From positions 1 to 62,189 of the forward strand of contig NW_021832429.1 of the NCBI RefSeq assembly GCF_006345805.1: a stretch of DNA of 62,189 nucleotides, written 5' to 3'. The translations under genes were made by a program, and so were the position numbers. The DNA comes from Octopus sinensis (lineage: Eukaryota). A model generated the notes under the pieces. It ran no database searches and was not told the DNA's origin. It was given only the letters and a program-made list of their open reading frames with translations. This document shows, in pieces, positions 41,064-54,186 of the stretch (positions within the stretch are counted from its first letter, which is position 1; each line of letters opens with the position of its first letter).

Positions 41064-41883
41064 AGAGAAAAGAGAGAAGAGAAGAGAGAAAGAGAGAGAG
41101 AAGAGAAAGATAGAGGGAAAAAAAAGAGAAAGAGAGAGAGAGAAAGAGAGAAAGAGAGAGGAGAGAGAAGGTAGGGAGAGAAATGGGGGAGAGTATGCCC
41201 AGTGTTTTGGACTGAATGCAATCTATCCAAAGTCAATAAAAGGTGATTGTGTGCGCGTATAAGTGTGTGTGTCTGTGTGTGTTCGTGCGTACGTATATGT
41301 ATGTATGTGTGTGTGTGGTGTGTGTGTTGTGTTTCTTTCAGTCACGACTCAGCAGCTATCTTGTAATGTATGACTCCGACATCTCTGGAAATAAAGGTTT
41401 CTTAAATTACGTCATTGAGAAATTTGATGTCTTACATTATTGCTTTTGTTGGTGTTGTTGTTGTTGTTGTTGTTTGTATTGGCCTGACTCCTGATACGGC
41501 ATTTTGTTTTTTTATTTTTTTTTTTTATTTTCATGGCCAGCCAGCCCAGCAAGCCAATAAGTTGAAAAAAAAAAATCATTGTTGTCTCATGGTGATTATT
41601 TACAGTTAATAGAACCGAGTTATGCTTGTCGAGGAAAACAAAACAAAGAAACAAAAAAAAGCTAAAAAACCACGACATGAATACAACAAACACACGCCAA
41701 TGTAAACATACACAAAACATATACAGGCATAAACAAACACACGTATATATTCGTTCTTTTATGACGTATTTGTACGTAGATTGTATACACAATACGTACA
41801 AACATACATAGAATTATACATTCGTACATACAGAAGTTGTTGCGCGAAGCAGTGATGAAAATAGACAAGCTTTAGGTCAGTTC

Positions 41884-42451
41884 TCTTATGAGAGCTCAAA
41901 ACCTCTCGTGGAAGCGCCATCCAACAAAAATGCAAATATATGGGGAACTACCACCTGTGTCATCTCTTGTGAAAGGTAGGAGAGTCCAGTTTGCTGGACA
42001 TTGTTGTAGAGCTGAAAAAGAAGTAATTTCTACTCTTCTCCCCTGGAAGCCATCTGCTCGCGATACCAGAGGGCGCACACTCTTCGAGAGGCGGTTGGAT
42101 GGAACCTATACTAGCCTCCTTATGAGAGCTCAAAACCTCTCGTGGAAGCGCCATCCAACAAAAATGCAAATATATGGGGAACTACCACCTGTATCATCTC
42201 TTGTGAAAGGTAGGAGAGTCCAGTTTGCTGGACATTGTTGTAGAGCTGAAAAAGAAGTAATTTCTACTCTTCTCCTCTGGAAGCTATCTACTCGCAATAC
42301 CAGAGGGCGCACACTCTCCTACCCTGATGTAATCTCCAGGGATACAGGCATCCAGCAACAGGACCTCCGTAATGCTATGATGGACCGTGAAGTCTGGCGA
42401 AACATAGTAAATTCCATTGTCTCGACCACGGTCGAACAATGATGATGATGA
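41884..42451 (+). mobile_element. 5'-truncated RTE-like LINE 3' end with in-frame 5' duplication; 11-bp TSD
   Basis: ORF ...RRVQFAGHCCRAEKEVIS.LL.W...RGRTLSYPDVISRDTG...LRNAMMDREVWR, (TGA)n tail, TSD taggtcagttc at 41873-41883 and 42452-42462; a ~200-bp segment recurs at 234-bp period. Confidence 0.85.
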
Positions 42452-42574
42452 TAGGTCAGTTCAAATACGTTTGGGATGTATTTCAACTTGTAAGAGGCTA
42501 TTTCGCTACGGGTTACTAAGGAGGGAATATCTTTCGCTTTAGGTGAAAAAAGGTGTAAGAACAGCATTGTCATC

Positions 42575-43535
42575 TCAAAACACCCTTTTACTCTTTTACT
42601 TGTTTCAGTCATTTGACTGCGGCCATGCTGGAGCACCGCCTTTAGTCGAGCAATCGACCCTGGGACTTATTCTTTGTAAGCCCAGTACTTATTATATATG
42701 ATCTCTTTGCCGAACCGCTGAGTGACGGGGACGTAAACACACCAGCATCGGTTGTCAAGCAATGCTAGGGGGACAAAACACGACAACAAACAACACACAT
42801 ATACATATATATATATACGACAGGCTTCTTTCATTTTCCGTCTACCAAATCCACTCACAAGGCATTGGTCGGCCGCGGGGCTATAGCAGAAGACACTTGC
42901 CCAAGATGCCACGCAGTGGGACTGAACCGGAACCATGTGGTTTTAGCAAGCTACTTACCACAGAGCCAAGATTATTTTTATTTCTTTATTGCCACCCAAG
43001 GGCCCTAAACATAGAGGGGACAACAAGGGACAGACAAAGGATTAAGTCGATTACATCGACCCCAGTGCGTACTGGTACTAATTTATCGACCTAGAAAGGA
43101 GTAAGACAAAGCGACCTCGGCGGAAATAGATTATATATACATGTATAGGAGTGGCTGTGTGGTAAGTAGCTTGTTTACCAACCACATGGTCCCGGGTTTA
43201 GTCCCACTGCGTGGCACATTGGGCAAGTGTCTTCTACTATTGACTCGGGCCGACCAAAACCACGTGAGTGGATTTGGTAGACGGAAACTGAAAGAAGCCT
43301 GTGGTATATACATATGTGTGTGTGCGTGTGTATGTGTGTGTGTCTGTCTTTGTCTCCCTACCATCGCTTGACAACCGATGTTGGTGTGTTTACGTCCGCG
43401 TAATCAACGGACCGGCAAAAGAAATCGATAGAATATGTACTAGGCTTAGAAAGAATAAGCCCTGGGGGTCAATTTGTTCGATTAAAGGCGGTGCTCCAGC
43501 ATGGCCGCAGTGAAATGACTGAAACAAATAAAAGA
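42575..43535. mobile_element. Two divergently oriented family C SINEs with a family A fragment between them
   Basis: 42575-42968 (-) and 43146-43535 (+) are reverse-complement homologues. Confidence 0.8.
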
Positions 43536-46500
43536 ATTACAGGATAAAGGAACACACACACACACACACTTATACGTATATACATACGTACGCATATACA
43601 CAAACACTTGCACACACACACATACATACGTATAACGATGGATGGATGGATGGATGGATGGATCGAGGGATAGATGGATGGATGAATGGATGGGTGCGTG
43701 GGTAGACAGATATTGTAGGGAATCATTGTAGCTGTGCTTGATTTATGAAATCTTCGCAAAAATAAGCCAGAATTGAAAACCTTTTAACCAATTATATCTT
43801 AAGTCGCTCCAGTTATCTTAACGACTCGTCGGCTTAGATAGGAAGAGATGATGTGTGACAGTTCTAAAGAGGCAGCTTTGCAAAGAGGTGTGAGCGAAGC
43901 TTTCAGCATCTTCAGAAAGCTATCACCAAAGCGATTTAAGATCGTTGTGTGTTTTTCCTTAAAGCGTTGCTTAAAGGTTTAATGCAAGCAATAATAGTCA
44001 TGTAAATATAGTCAAAGAGCAGAGAAAAATTGGAAGAGGGAGGAATGACAGAGATATTGTACGGATAGAGGGAGTGGGATATGATTAAGGGAGACGGAAC
44101 GGGATTATGCATAGTATATTTTTGGTTTAAAGAAATTGATTGGAAAATAATGGTTCTTATGTACTTTAATGTAAATTTTCAATAGTTTTAAATGCGCTTT
44201 TATGAGAAAAAAGAAGGAATTATGCATAGATATTATTAGCTCCACTGAAATATAATAAATAAATAACTATGGACGTGTGGTTAAGAAATTCGCTTCATAA
44301 CCAAATCATTTCGGGTTGAGTTCCACTGTGTGACACCTCAGGTGAGTTTCCTCTTCTATATCCTCAAACCGATCAATGTTTTGCAAAAACCTATAATTAG
44401 GCTTACGTGTGTTCCGCCTGCATATATGTGCTTGTATGCGCAGGGCCGGATCAAGACCCTCCGAGAGGCCCTAAGCACTTATAAGATTTTGATACCCCCA
44501 TATACATATGTAATTCAAAATATAGACAATAATACCATAAAATAAATTTATATTTTTCAAAATGAAATAGAACAGTAAGATGGTAAATAATACTTATTTT
44601 TATATACGACCAAGTTTATTTATATTTCAAAAGTTTTCTCTAACTTTGACCAGATCCTCCTATGACACATGATATATTTGTGTGTGTGTGTGTGTGTGTG
44701 TTTGTGTGTTTCTGTATTGCCCACTGGGGGGGGGGGGGGCTAAACATAGAGGGGACAAACAAGGACAGACAAAGGATTAAGTCGTATATCGACCCCAGTG
44801 CGTGAAAATAGTACTTATAATCGACCCCGAAAGGATATGAAAGGGCCAAGCCCAACCTCCGCTCCCGGGGGGGAAAGGCAAAGTCGACCTCGGCGGAATT
44901 TGAACTCAGAACGTAGCGGCAGACGAAATACCTATTTCTTTACTACCCACAAAGGGCTAAACACAGAGAACAAACAAGGGCAGACAAACGGATTAAGTCG
45001 ATTATATCAACCCCAGTGCGTAACTGGTACTTATTTAATCGACACCGAAAGGATGAAAGGCAAAGTCGACCTCGGCGGAATTTGAACTCAGAACGTAGCG
45101 GCAGACGAAATACCGCCAAGCATTTCGCCCGGCGTGCTAACGATTCTGCCAGCTCTTATCACTGCAGGAACCGAAGATAAACCACCGTGGTCTTAAACTG
45201 AAAATATAGTCGTAAAGATAGTCTGTCACATACGCATTTTATCGATGTAGCGATATTAGTAGTTGTAGTTAGTAGCAGCAATAGTATTGTTTAAATATGG
45301 TAACAAAACAAACAAAATATCAATAACGATAATGATAGCGTCCGAGGATGATGATGACGATGAGGATGAAGGCGGTGGCGCTGACGACGACGATAGTGGT
45401 GCCGCATGAATCTATTGTCGGTCGTCCCGATGAATATAATAAATATGCTTTCTAGACGTCTTGTCGCCAGTGTTGGATGGACCGATAGCCGCTGGCTATA
45501 TTTTTAACATTGTAACGAAGGCTAGCATAACTTACAAACTTTATCCCCTAATTTTAATGACCTGTTGTTTATAGGTCATGAACTTTCATTAAAAAGCTTC
45601 ACTGGTAATCGTTGCACTGTTTTTTTAGCTGCACACGTTCATTACTGTACGAGAAGTGCAGCATAAACGTACAGAACTAAATGTTGCAACCTCTCTGTAT
45701 TCACTTGCATTTTACACAGAGCCGTTAACAGAAAAAATTCAGTTATGCAGTTGCTTTAAAGTATTGGATTTCGGTTTAGCATTTTGAATATCTCCAGAGA
45801 GATATTGAATACTCAGACATCGAAACACGGGAAGTGTGATTGTTTTTTTTTATCAATTGGGAATTGTTTTCATGTTTCTGCCTTTCTTTCTGTTTTCGTT
45901 TGTTTTTGTTTTTGAATAGTAAAGGGGAACCGGTGCAGACGGCTTAGTAAACTGATTAATTATTTTACGGTATCTGGTTCAATGTTAGAGAGGTTAATCT
46001 TCCCATGAATCACAATGATCTAGCCAGCCCTATAAATACCGGGGTATTTAACTCTTGATTTCTTGTGGTAGCATTTAAGTCAATGAGATCCAACACTACA
46101 TCACTCACCTCCCCTCCCTAATCAGATCAGCCAGCTAACCCTTACAACCCGTTCTGAGTTCAAATCCCGCCGAGGCCAATTCAAATTTGATTTTTATCCT
46201 TTTAGGGACCGTTAAAGTACCAATCAAAGGTAGCAGACCAGCGGAATGGTTAGAGCGCCGGATAGAATGACTAGCTGCTTTTATTCCGACACTTTGCGCT
46301 CAAAGTTCAAATCCCGTTTGGGCCAAGTCAAATTTGCTTTTCATCCTTTCGGCCTACCACCAAAGTTTCAGGCCTTGTGCCTATAGTAGAAAGGATTATT
46401 ATTATTATTATTATTATTATTATTGAGTGAGAAAGCGGCGCATGGCATAAAAGTGATGCTGGGATACTAATTATACGAACCCTAATGCACCCATTATAAC

Positions 46501-47504
46501 TACCCGTCTGATAAGGGTACACCAGGCATACGTCGAGCTGGCAAAAAACGTTAGAACGCCGGGCGAAATGCTTAGCAGCATTTCGCCCGTCTTCACGTTC
46601 TGAGTTCAAATTCCGCCGTTGTTGAGGTTTGCCTTTCATCATTTCGAGGGGTCGATTTAATTGACTAACCACCGCTGCCGAAATTGCTGGCCTTGTGCCA
46701 AACTTATTATTATTATTATTATTATCATCATCATCATCTCTGTAATTGTGGTACGAAGCCAGCAACTTTTAGGATTACATCGGTGCTAGTGCTCAACTGG
46801 TATTTATTCCATAGACCTCGGAAGCAGAAAGGGTAAAGTCGACTTCGGCGGTATTCCAACAGTGATCGTGCATATAATAAGGTCACAAGAAATACTGCAA
46901 GATTTTGTCCGATGCGTTAACGAATCTGGTGATGAATATGGCAGAAAAGATGAAGATGATGATGATGATGATAACGAGGGAGGAAGTGGGATAGAAGGAG
47001 GACTGATTTATGATTCACTCAGTCTGGAGATGTACAAAAGAAGAAAAAAGAAACTCATATCAGAGCAAATGAGAAATGCCATCTGATATAACAACAACAA
47101 CAACAACTATTTCATGCCCTCCACCTCCAACCACTCACCGCCACCGCCCACCACCGTCTCGGCAACTAGCTGGTCACTGTATTTAATTCTCTCTGGCCCA
47201 CCACCACCACCAAAACCACCATATAAAAGTATGACTCCGCCGTCCCATTAATAAATCCAGACAACTGTTATGTCTTTGCTTGTCCCACCGTAGCCTTTGC
47301 CGACCGAAGGACCTTAGTTTCATTATAGACAGGGACCAGTGGGGATGATTTATAATCACAACTAATCTAGTATTCATCTCCGTGAGATAAAGGGCTCTCT
47401 TCTTCTCTTTTACGCCTTCCTCTTCTCCTCTTCGTTTTCTTCTTGTTTCTCCTTCTTACAATTTTGACGTACCATACGTAGTTGCTTTATTTGTTTGTTT
47501 GTAC

Positions 47505-47514
<10 letters not shown>

Positions 47515-47535
<21 letters not shown>

Positions 47536-47759
47536 CATCAAAGGGAGCGAGCTGGCAGAATCGTTATCACTGTAGGCGAAATGCTTGGCGGTATTTCTTC
47601 TGTCGTTACGTTCTGAGTTCAAATTATGCCGAGGTCGACTTTGTCTTTCATCCTTTCGGGGTCGATAAAATAAGTACCAGTGGAGCATTGGAGTCGATGT
47701 AATCGACTTGTCCCCCTCCCCAAAAATTTCCGGCCTTGTGCCTATAGTAGAAAGGATAA

Positions 47760-47792
<33 letters not shown>

Positions 47793-48255
47793 GGCGGCGA
47801 GATGGCAGAATCGTTAGCATGCCGGGCAAAAATGCTTAGCGGCATTTCGTCTATCTGCACTTTCTGGGTTCAAATACCACCGAGATCGACTTTGCTCTTC
47901 ATCCTTTTGGGGGTCGATTAAACAAGTACCAGCTGAACTCTGGGGTCGATGTAATTGATTCATCACCTCCCCGCCAAAAATGCCGCCCTTGTGGAAAAAT
48001 TTGAAACCATTATTATTATTATTATTATTATCATCAAAGGGAGCGAGCTGGCAGAATCGTTATCACTGTAGGCGAAATGCTTGGCGGTATTTCTTCTGTC
48101 GTTACGTTCTGAGTTCAAATTATGCCGAGGTCGACTTTGTCTTTCATCCTTTCGGGGTCGATAAAATAAGTACCAGTGGAGCATTGGAGTCGATGTAATC
48201 GACTTGTCCCCCTCCCCAAAAATTTCCGGCCTTGTGCCTATAGTAGAAAGGATAA

Positions 48256-48288
<33 letters not shown>

Positions 48289-48510
48289 GGCGGCGAGATG
48301 GCAGAATCGTTAGCATGCCGGGCAAAAATGCTTAGCGGCATTTCGTCTATCTGCACTTTCTGGGTTCAAATACCACCGAGATCGACTTTGCTCTTCATCC
48401 TTTTGGGGGTCGATTAAACAAGTACCAGCTGAACTCTGGGGTCGATGTAATTGATTCATCACCTCCCCGCCAAAAATGCCGCCCTTGTGGAAAAATTTGA
48501 AACCATTATT
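47515..48510. repeat. Tandem duplication, 496-bp unit x2 (two SINEs per unit)
   Basis: Matching ORF ends at 47688/48184 and 47860/48356; boundaries in (ATT)n. Confidence 0.9.
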
Positions 48511-48694
48511 ATTATTATTATTATTATTTTATTTATTTTTTTTTTTTCTATGTTTGACTTTTGCTTTACATTTGTACAAGCTGGCTCTAAGTCTCACCCA
48601 GAGACCTCAAGAGACGACATGCTGGAAGTTCATGTTGGTGTTATGCCTAGGGTGCCATATATTTGGTTTTGTACTTAGCGTTGTTCTAGAGAAT

Positions 48695-49088
48695 ACTCTT
48701 TTACTTGTTTCAGTCATTTGACTGCGGCCATGCTGGAGCACCGCCTTTAGTCAAGCAAATCGACCCCGGGACTTATTCTTTGTAAGCCCAGTACTTATTC
48801 TATCAGTCTCTTTAGCCGAACCGCTAAGTGACGGGGACGTAAACACACCAGCATCGGTTGTCAAGCAATGCTAGAGGGACAAAGAGACACACAAACACAC
48901 ACACATACATATATATATATATACATATATACGACAGGCTTCTTTCAGTTTCCGTCTACCAAATCCACTCACAAGGCATTGGTCGGCCCAGGGCTATAGC
49001 AGAAGACACTTGCCCAAGATGCCACGCAGTGGGACTGAACCCAGAACCATGTGGTTGGTTAGCAAGCTACTTACCACACAGCCACTCC
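48695..49088 (-). mobile_element. SINE family C copy
   Basis: Matches 12028-12428. Confidence 0.85.
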
Positions 49089-49477
49089 AAAGAAACCATA
49101 AGAAAATTATGTTTGTTTGTTTATTATTATTATTATTATTATTATTATTGATATACTGAAATAACTCGTCACTTGCGGACCAACCCACTGCTGCTACTTA
49201 ACTAATTTTGACCATTCTATCAATATATTTGATTAATCTTAGATTAGATGACTTACAAGCACGCGAGTGAAGATTAAGAAATACAGAGAGAGAGAGACAC
49301 ATGCACACACACGACAGACAAACGTATAACATGGCTGTCCAAATTCGATATTATGCATAGTTATAAATGGAGGAACGATTAATTACTAGAGCTGTTGGTG
49401 TTCGTTGGGTTTTGACAGCATACCCAGTCAGTAGATAACCCAATAAGTATATTACCTATCACTATATTAATTAATTT

Positions 49478-49790
49478 GTGGAGGCGCAATGGGCCAGTGG
49501 TTAGGGCAGCGGACTCGCGGTCGTAGGATCGCGGTTTCGATGCCCAGACCGGGCGTTGTGCGTGTTTATTGAGCGAAACACCTAAAGCTCCACGAGGCTC
49601 CGGCAGGGGGTGGTGGCGATCCCTGCTGTACTCTTTCGCCACAACTTTCTCTCACTCTTTCTTCTGTTGTCCTGCCCGCTTAGCCAGGCGGGATGGCGTC
49701 ATTTGAAGGCTGGAACAATGCGAAGCGCATTGTACCCAGCGATGTGTAGCAACATCTGATAGCCTGGTCGGTCACGGTGACGGTGATATT
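49478..49790 (+). mobile_element. SINE family B head with a further distinct tail
   Basis: Same head and core; tail gatggcgtcatttgaaggc..gatgtgtagcaacatctgatagcctggtcggtcacggtgacggtgat. Confidence 0.8.
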
Positions 49791-50557
49791 AATTTAGGTG
49801 AAGGCACGTGGCCTAGTGGTGAGGGTGTTGCACTCACGATCGCTAGATCACCGTTTCGAATTCCGGACCTGGCGGTCCATTGTGTCATTGGGCGAAATAC
49901 TTCGTTTCATGTTGCTCGTTTCATTTTGTCCGTCTTTACATTCTGAGTTAAAATTCCGTCGAGGTAGACTTTTCCTTTCATCCTTTCGGGGGTCGAAGAA
50001 AATAAGCCCTGGAAAGGGATAGGGGAGGGGGTCAATGTAATCGGCTTAAACCTATTTCTTTATTACCCACAAGGGGCTAAACATAGAGGGGACAGACATT
50101 AGATCGACCCCAGTGCGAAACTGGTACTTAATTTATCGACCCCGAAAGGATGAAAGGCAAAGTCGACCTGGGCGGAATTTGAACTCACAACGTAACGGCA
50201 GACGAAATACCTATTTCTTTATTACCCACAAGGGGCTAAACATAGAGGGGACAAACAAGGACAGACATAGGTATTAAGTCGATTACATCGACACCAGTGC
50301 GTAACTGGTACTTAATTTATCGACCCCGAAAGGATGCAAAGGCAAAGTCGACCTGGGCGGAATTTGAACTCACAGCGTAACGGCAGACGAAATACCGCTA
50401 AGCATTTCATTTCGCCCGCCGTGCTAACGTTTCTGCCAAGCTCGCCCGCCTTACCGCTCCCTCGAACCTGTTGGCCCTGTGCGAAAATTTGAAACCAATA
50501 TCCTAACTCTTATCTAATCGGCAAATAAATAAACAAACAAACAAACAAACAAACAAA

Positions 50558-50596
<39 letters not shown>

Positions 50597-50762
50597 ACAA
50601 ACAGAACGACAAAGCACTAAGAAAGAAGACACTTGTTATATTACCCATTGAACATCTCTATCAAAGAGGAGAAACACGTGTCTAAACATGCCTCATACTT
50701 GTGTATGTGCATAATATTAAATTAGGTTGGCTCTTGATCTAACCACCCATCCATCTCTCTAC

Positions 50763-50796
<34 letters not shown>

Positions 50797-51144
50797 ATAT
50801 ATATATAAATGCATGCTGGCATGCATGCACAAGCGCTTCTAGCCTTTGTTGTTTGTACGCTTTGCGCGTATATTTCAATCGGAATAATAACATGCTTATA
50901 AAAATATCCTTTTTTTTTTTTGGTTTTTGGTTTCTTTTTGGTCTTCAATTAATATAGAAAGAAATATCGAGTTTGTGTCCATCAATCCGCCGTTTGATAC
51001 CAATAAATAACCAAGGGATGAGCTGGTGTTGGTGGTGGTGGTGGATTTGGTTATTTTTGCGTTGGTGGTTGGAGTGAAAGAATGGGGAGACAATCCACAA
51101 CAGTGTCGATGATTCAGACATTTTTTTTCGCGGCAGACATCCCC

Positions 51145-51833
51145 CTAATGGCTAATAAACTTCTGCATTCCTAATCCATTAAATCCAGTAGTCTTCTTGA
51201 TCATCGCCCAGCACAGCGGGATTGGTAGACACATCGAGCGAAAGAGCCGGCTTTTATCATATTGATGAAGAAAGACAATGACAAACCCATCACCGACGGA
51301 CAACGACGATGTTGGTGATGATGGTAAAAGTGGTGGTGGTGATGATGATGATGATGACGCCATGGCAATGATGGTGACGAAGAGAAAGAGAGATAGAGAA
51401 GAGAAGAGAGAGATTATGTGAGTGTTTGTGTAGTAATGGGGGTAGTTGGTGTTTAACGCTATTATCAAATTAATGATGATGGGTGGTAAAGTTGGATGAA
51501 GCCAGTTGTGTGAGTAATGAACACGACGGCCATGTGGCGAAGGAGAAACAGTGGACAACACGACAGCAGTGGTGAGGATAAATGATAGTAGTAGTAGTAG
51601 TAGTAGTAGTAGTAGCAGTAGTAGTAGTAATAGTAGCAGCAGCAGTAGTAGTAGTAATGGTAGTAGTATTAGTAGTGGTGGTGGTGGTGGTGGTGCAGCA
51701 GCAGTAGTAGTAGTAGTAGTAGTAGAGTAGTAGTAGCAGTAGTACTAGTAGCAGTAATAGTTGTAGTAGTAGTAGTAGCAGTAGTAGTAGCAGCAGTAGT
51801 ATCAGTAGTAGTCGCAGTAGCAGCAGTAGTATC

Positions 51834-51883
<50 letters not shown>

Positions 51884-52019
51884 CAGTAGTAGTAGTAGTA
51901 GTAGTAGCAGTAGCAGCAGCAGTAGTAGTAGTAGTTGTTGTTGTAGTGAAGGTTGGTGTTTGGTGGTAAATTGGTCGATGGTAAGGTCCTGGTAGAAGTG
52001 ACGGTGATGGTGATAGCAT
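51145..52019 (-). CDS. Candidate upstream coding exon/ORF (Thr-rich, then poly-Leu signal-peptide-like segment), broken by a 1-bp deletion at ~51725; possibly first exon of the MMP21-like gene
   Basis: ATG at 52019 (MLSPSPSLLPGPYHRPIYHQTPTF-T-run). Restoring one T in agtag^agtag joins it without stops to ORF 51145..51561 through AAAPPPPPPLLILLPL(n)SFILTTAVVLSTVSPSPHGRR. No homology recognised and no convincing donor found. Confidence 0.3.
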
Positions 52020-52196
52020 ACTGGCAAATAAAGGCAACTGTGGTGGTATTGGTGTGTTAGCATAAATTGTAGTAGTATCGGTGGTAGCTGCAGTGACTGC
52101 TGCTGCTGCTGCTGCAGTTGTGGCTCTAGTATTAATAGTAAATGGTGTAGCACCAGAATACGCGGCGGCGGCGGTGGAGGTGGTGGAAGATGATGA

Positions 52197-52228
<32 letters not shown>

Positions 52229-52399
52229 ATGATGATTACAGTGATAATTAAAAGGAGCAGAAGGAAAAGGGAACCCCGATTCTAATGAAGTAATGAAGAC
52301 GATGATGATAACGAAAGAGAAAAAAAATGAAAAGAATGAAGCGGAAGTGGGGGCGGGAGGGGTGTTGGTAATGAAACAATATAAATCAAGAAATGATGA

Positions 52400-52744
52400 G
52401 AATGATGATGATAATAATAATAATGATAGTAGTAGTAGTAGTAATAATAATAATAATAGTAATAATAATAATAAGAATAATAATAATAAATAATAATAAT
52501 AATTATAATAATAATAGTAATAAATAATAATAATAATAATAATAGTAGTAGTAGTAATAATAATAATAATAGTAGTAATAATAATAATAGAATAATAATA
52601 ATAAATAATAATAATAATTATAATAATAATAGAATAATAATAATAAATAATAATAATAATTATAATAATAATAGTAATAAATAATAATAGTAATAAAGAA
52701 TAATAATAATAATAGTAGTAGTAGTAGTAGTAATAATAATAATA

Positions 52745-52775
<31 letters not shown>

Positions 52776-52970
52776 TAGTAATAATAATAATAATAATAGA
52801 ATAATAATAATAGAATAATAATAATAGAATAATAATAATAGTAATAATAATAATGATAATAGAATAAAAATAATAAATAATAATAATAATAGAATAATAA
52901 TAATGATAATAATAATAATGACGATGATGATGATGATGATGATGATGATGACGATGATGATGACGATGAT
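52400..52970. repeat. (AAT)n/(AGT)n/(GAT)n trinucleotide tract
   Basis: Direct inspection. Confidence 0.95.
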
Positions 52971-53307
52971 CTGGAGGGAGGAAGAAAAGCGTAAACAGAA
53001 GAGGATATTCGTGACGACACAGTTTTAAGACATGCATCAATCAAAAGTACGGCCATCTTGATTATTAACTATGACAACACTTAATGTAAACATGAATATT
53101 GGACGTTAAGCTATAAAACAGTGATTTCTTACATCGACAGACGTCACAAATTTATTGGAGAAACACATCGCTGCTTCAAACGGCTCCAAATATATTACGA
53201 TGGCATTTTTATATTATTTTATTTTATTTTTTATTGACCTCCATTTCCGCATTCGATATGACGACGTGTCAACAAAAGTTTATATATATTTATTATAAGA
53301 CGCAAGC

Positions 53308-53515
53308 ATGGGTGCGTGGTAAGAAGTATGCTCCCCCAGCCACATGGAGACGCGTTGTGTTCTTGAGCAAAACACTTCATTTCACGTGGCTCCAGTCCAC
53401 TCAGCTGGCAAAAATGAGTTATCCTGCGATGGCTGGCGTCCCATCCATGTGAGGAAAATAAACGCAATAGAAACCGGAAAACCGGCCCTTGTGAGTCGGC
53501 ATGAACCGAGAAGGA
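53308..53515 (+). mobile_element. Degenerate SINE with V/Meta-like core
   Basis: tgcgtggtaag head, cttgagcaaaacact, cctgcgatggctggcgtcccatcca..gaaaccgg; tail related to the 1113-1425 copy. Confidence 0.5.
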
Positions 53516-54148
53516 AGCTAAAAAAACTTAAGAACCTGTAGATTAGAGGACAACAGTTAGGCGGGGGTTCGTATCCTTAGTGGTCAAGGTGATCCTGGAA
53601 CTGGAGGATTCCTTGATTGGCTCGAACTAAAGGATCTTCTGTATCAGGAGGACTGCATAATATATTTTATACACTATGTATATTTTGAGTGCATTTAACC
53701 CTCCCCTCCTTTTCTTTCCCTTATCTTTTACATAAACAACCACACAAATTATAAACTACACTTGTGATGCCCACTTCATCTAAAGTCCCGGTGACACATA
53801 AAAGAAATCATTATCATCGCTATTATTGATGCGGCAAGCTGGCAGAAGCGTTAGCACGCTGTGCAAAGTACTTAGAAGCATTTTGCACGTCTTTACGTTC
53901 TGAGTTCAAATTCCACCGGGGAATTTCAGTTCTTCCCTCGCATTTAACATCACTGGCATCATTAATCATTATTGTTCGATATTATTAGCTAAAACATCAT
54001 TTTCACCATCATCATTATCATCGTCAACACTATCATCATCCCCAACACCATCACTACCACCACCACCATAGGACTATCCCAACTGCGATGCTGATTACTT
54101 AAAATCCAAAAGGACAGCGCAAAATGGACGCCCATTCTATCCCTGCAG

Positions 54149-54186
<38 letters not shown>

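Larger units (their letters stand above)
44725..50452. mobile_element. Further family A SINE copies: 44725-45155(-), 46330-46700, 47540-48500(+), 49800-50030(+), 50052-50452(-, tandem)
   Basis: Same core sequence; several copies are head-to-tail multimers. Confidence 0.8.

Noticed and set aside
51470-53056. 528-aa ORF as listed
   Set aside because: Mostly poly-Y/I/L from (AAT)n and (AGT)n tracts read in a stop-free frame; a different frame (52019->51145) is the more plausible coding candidate.
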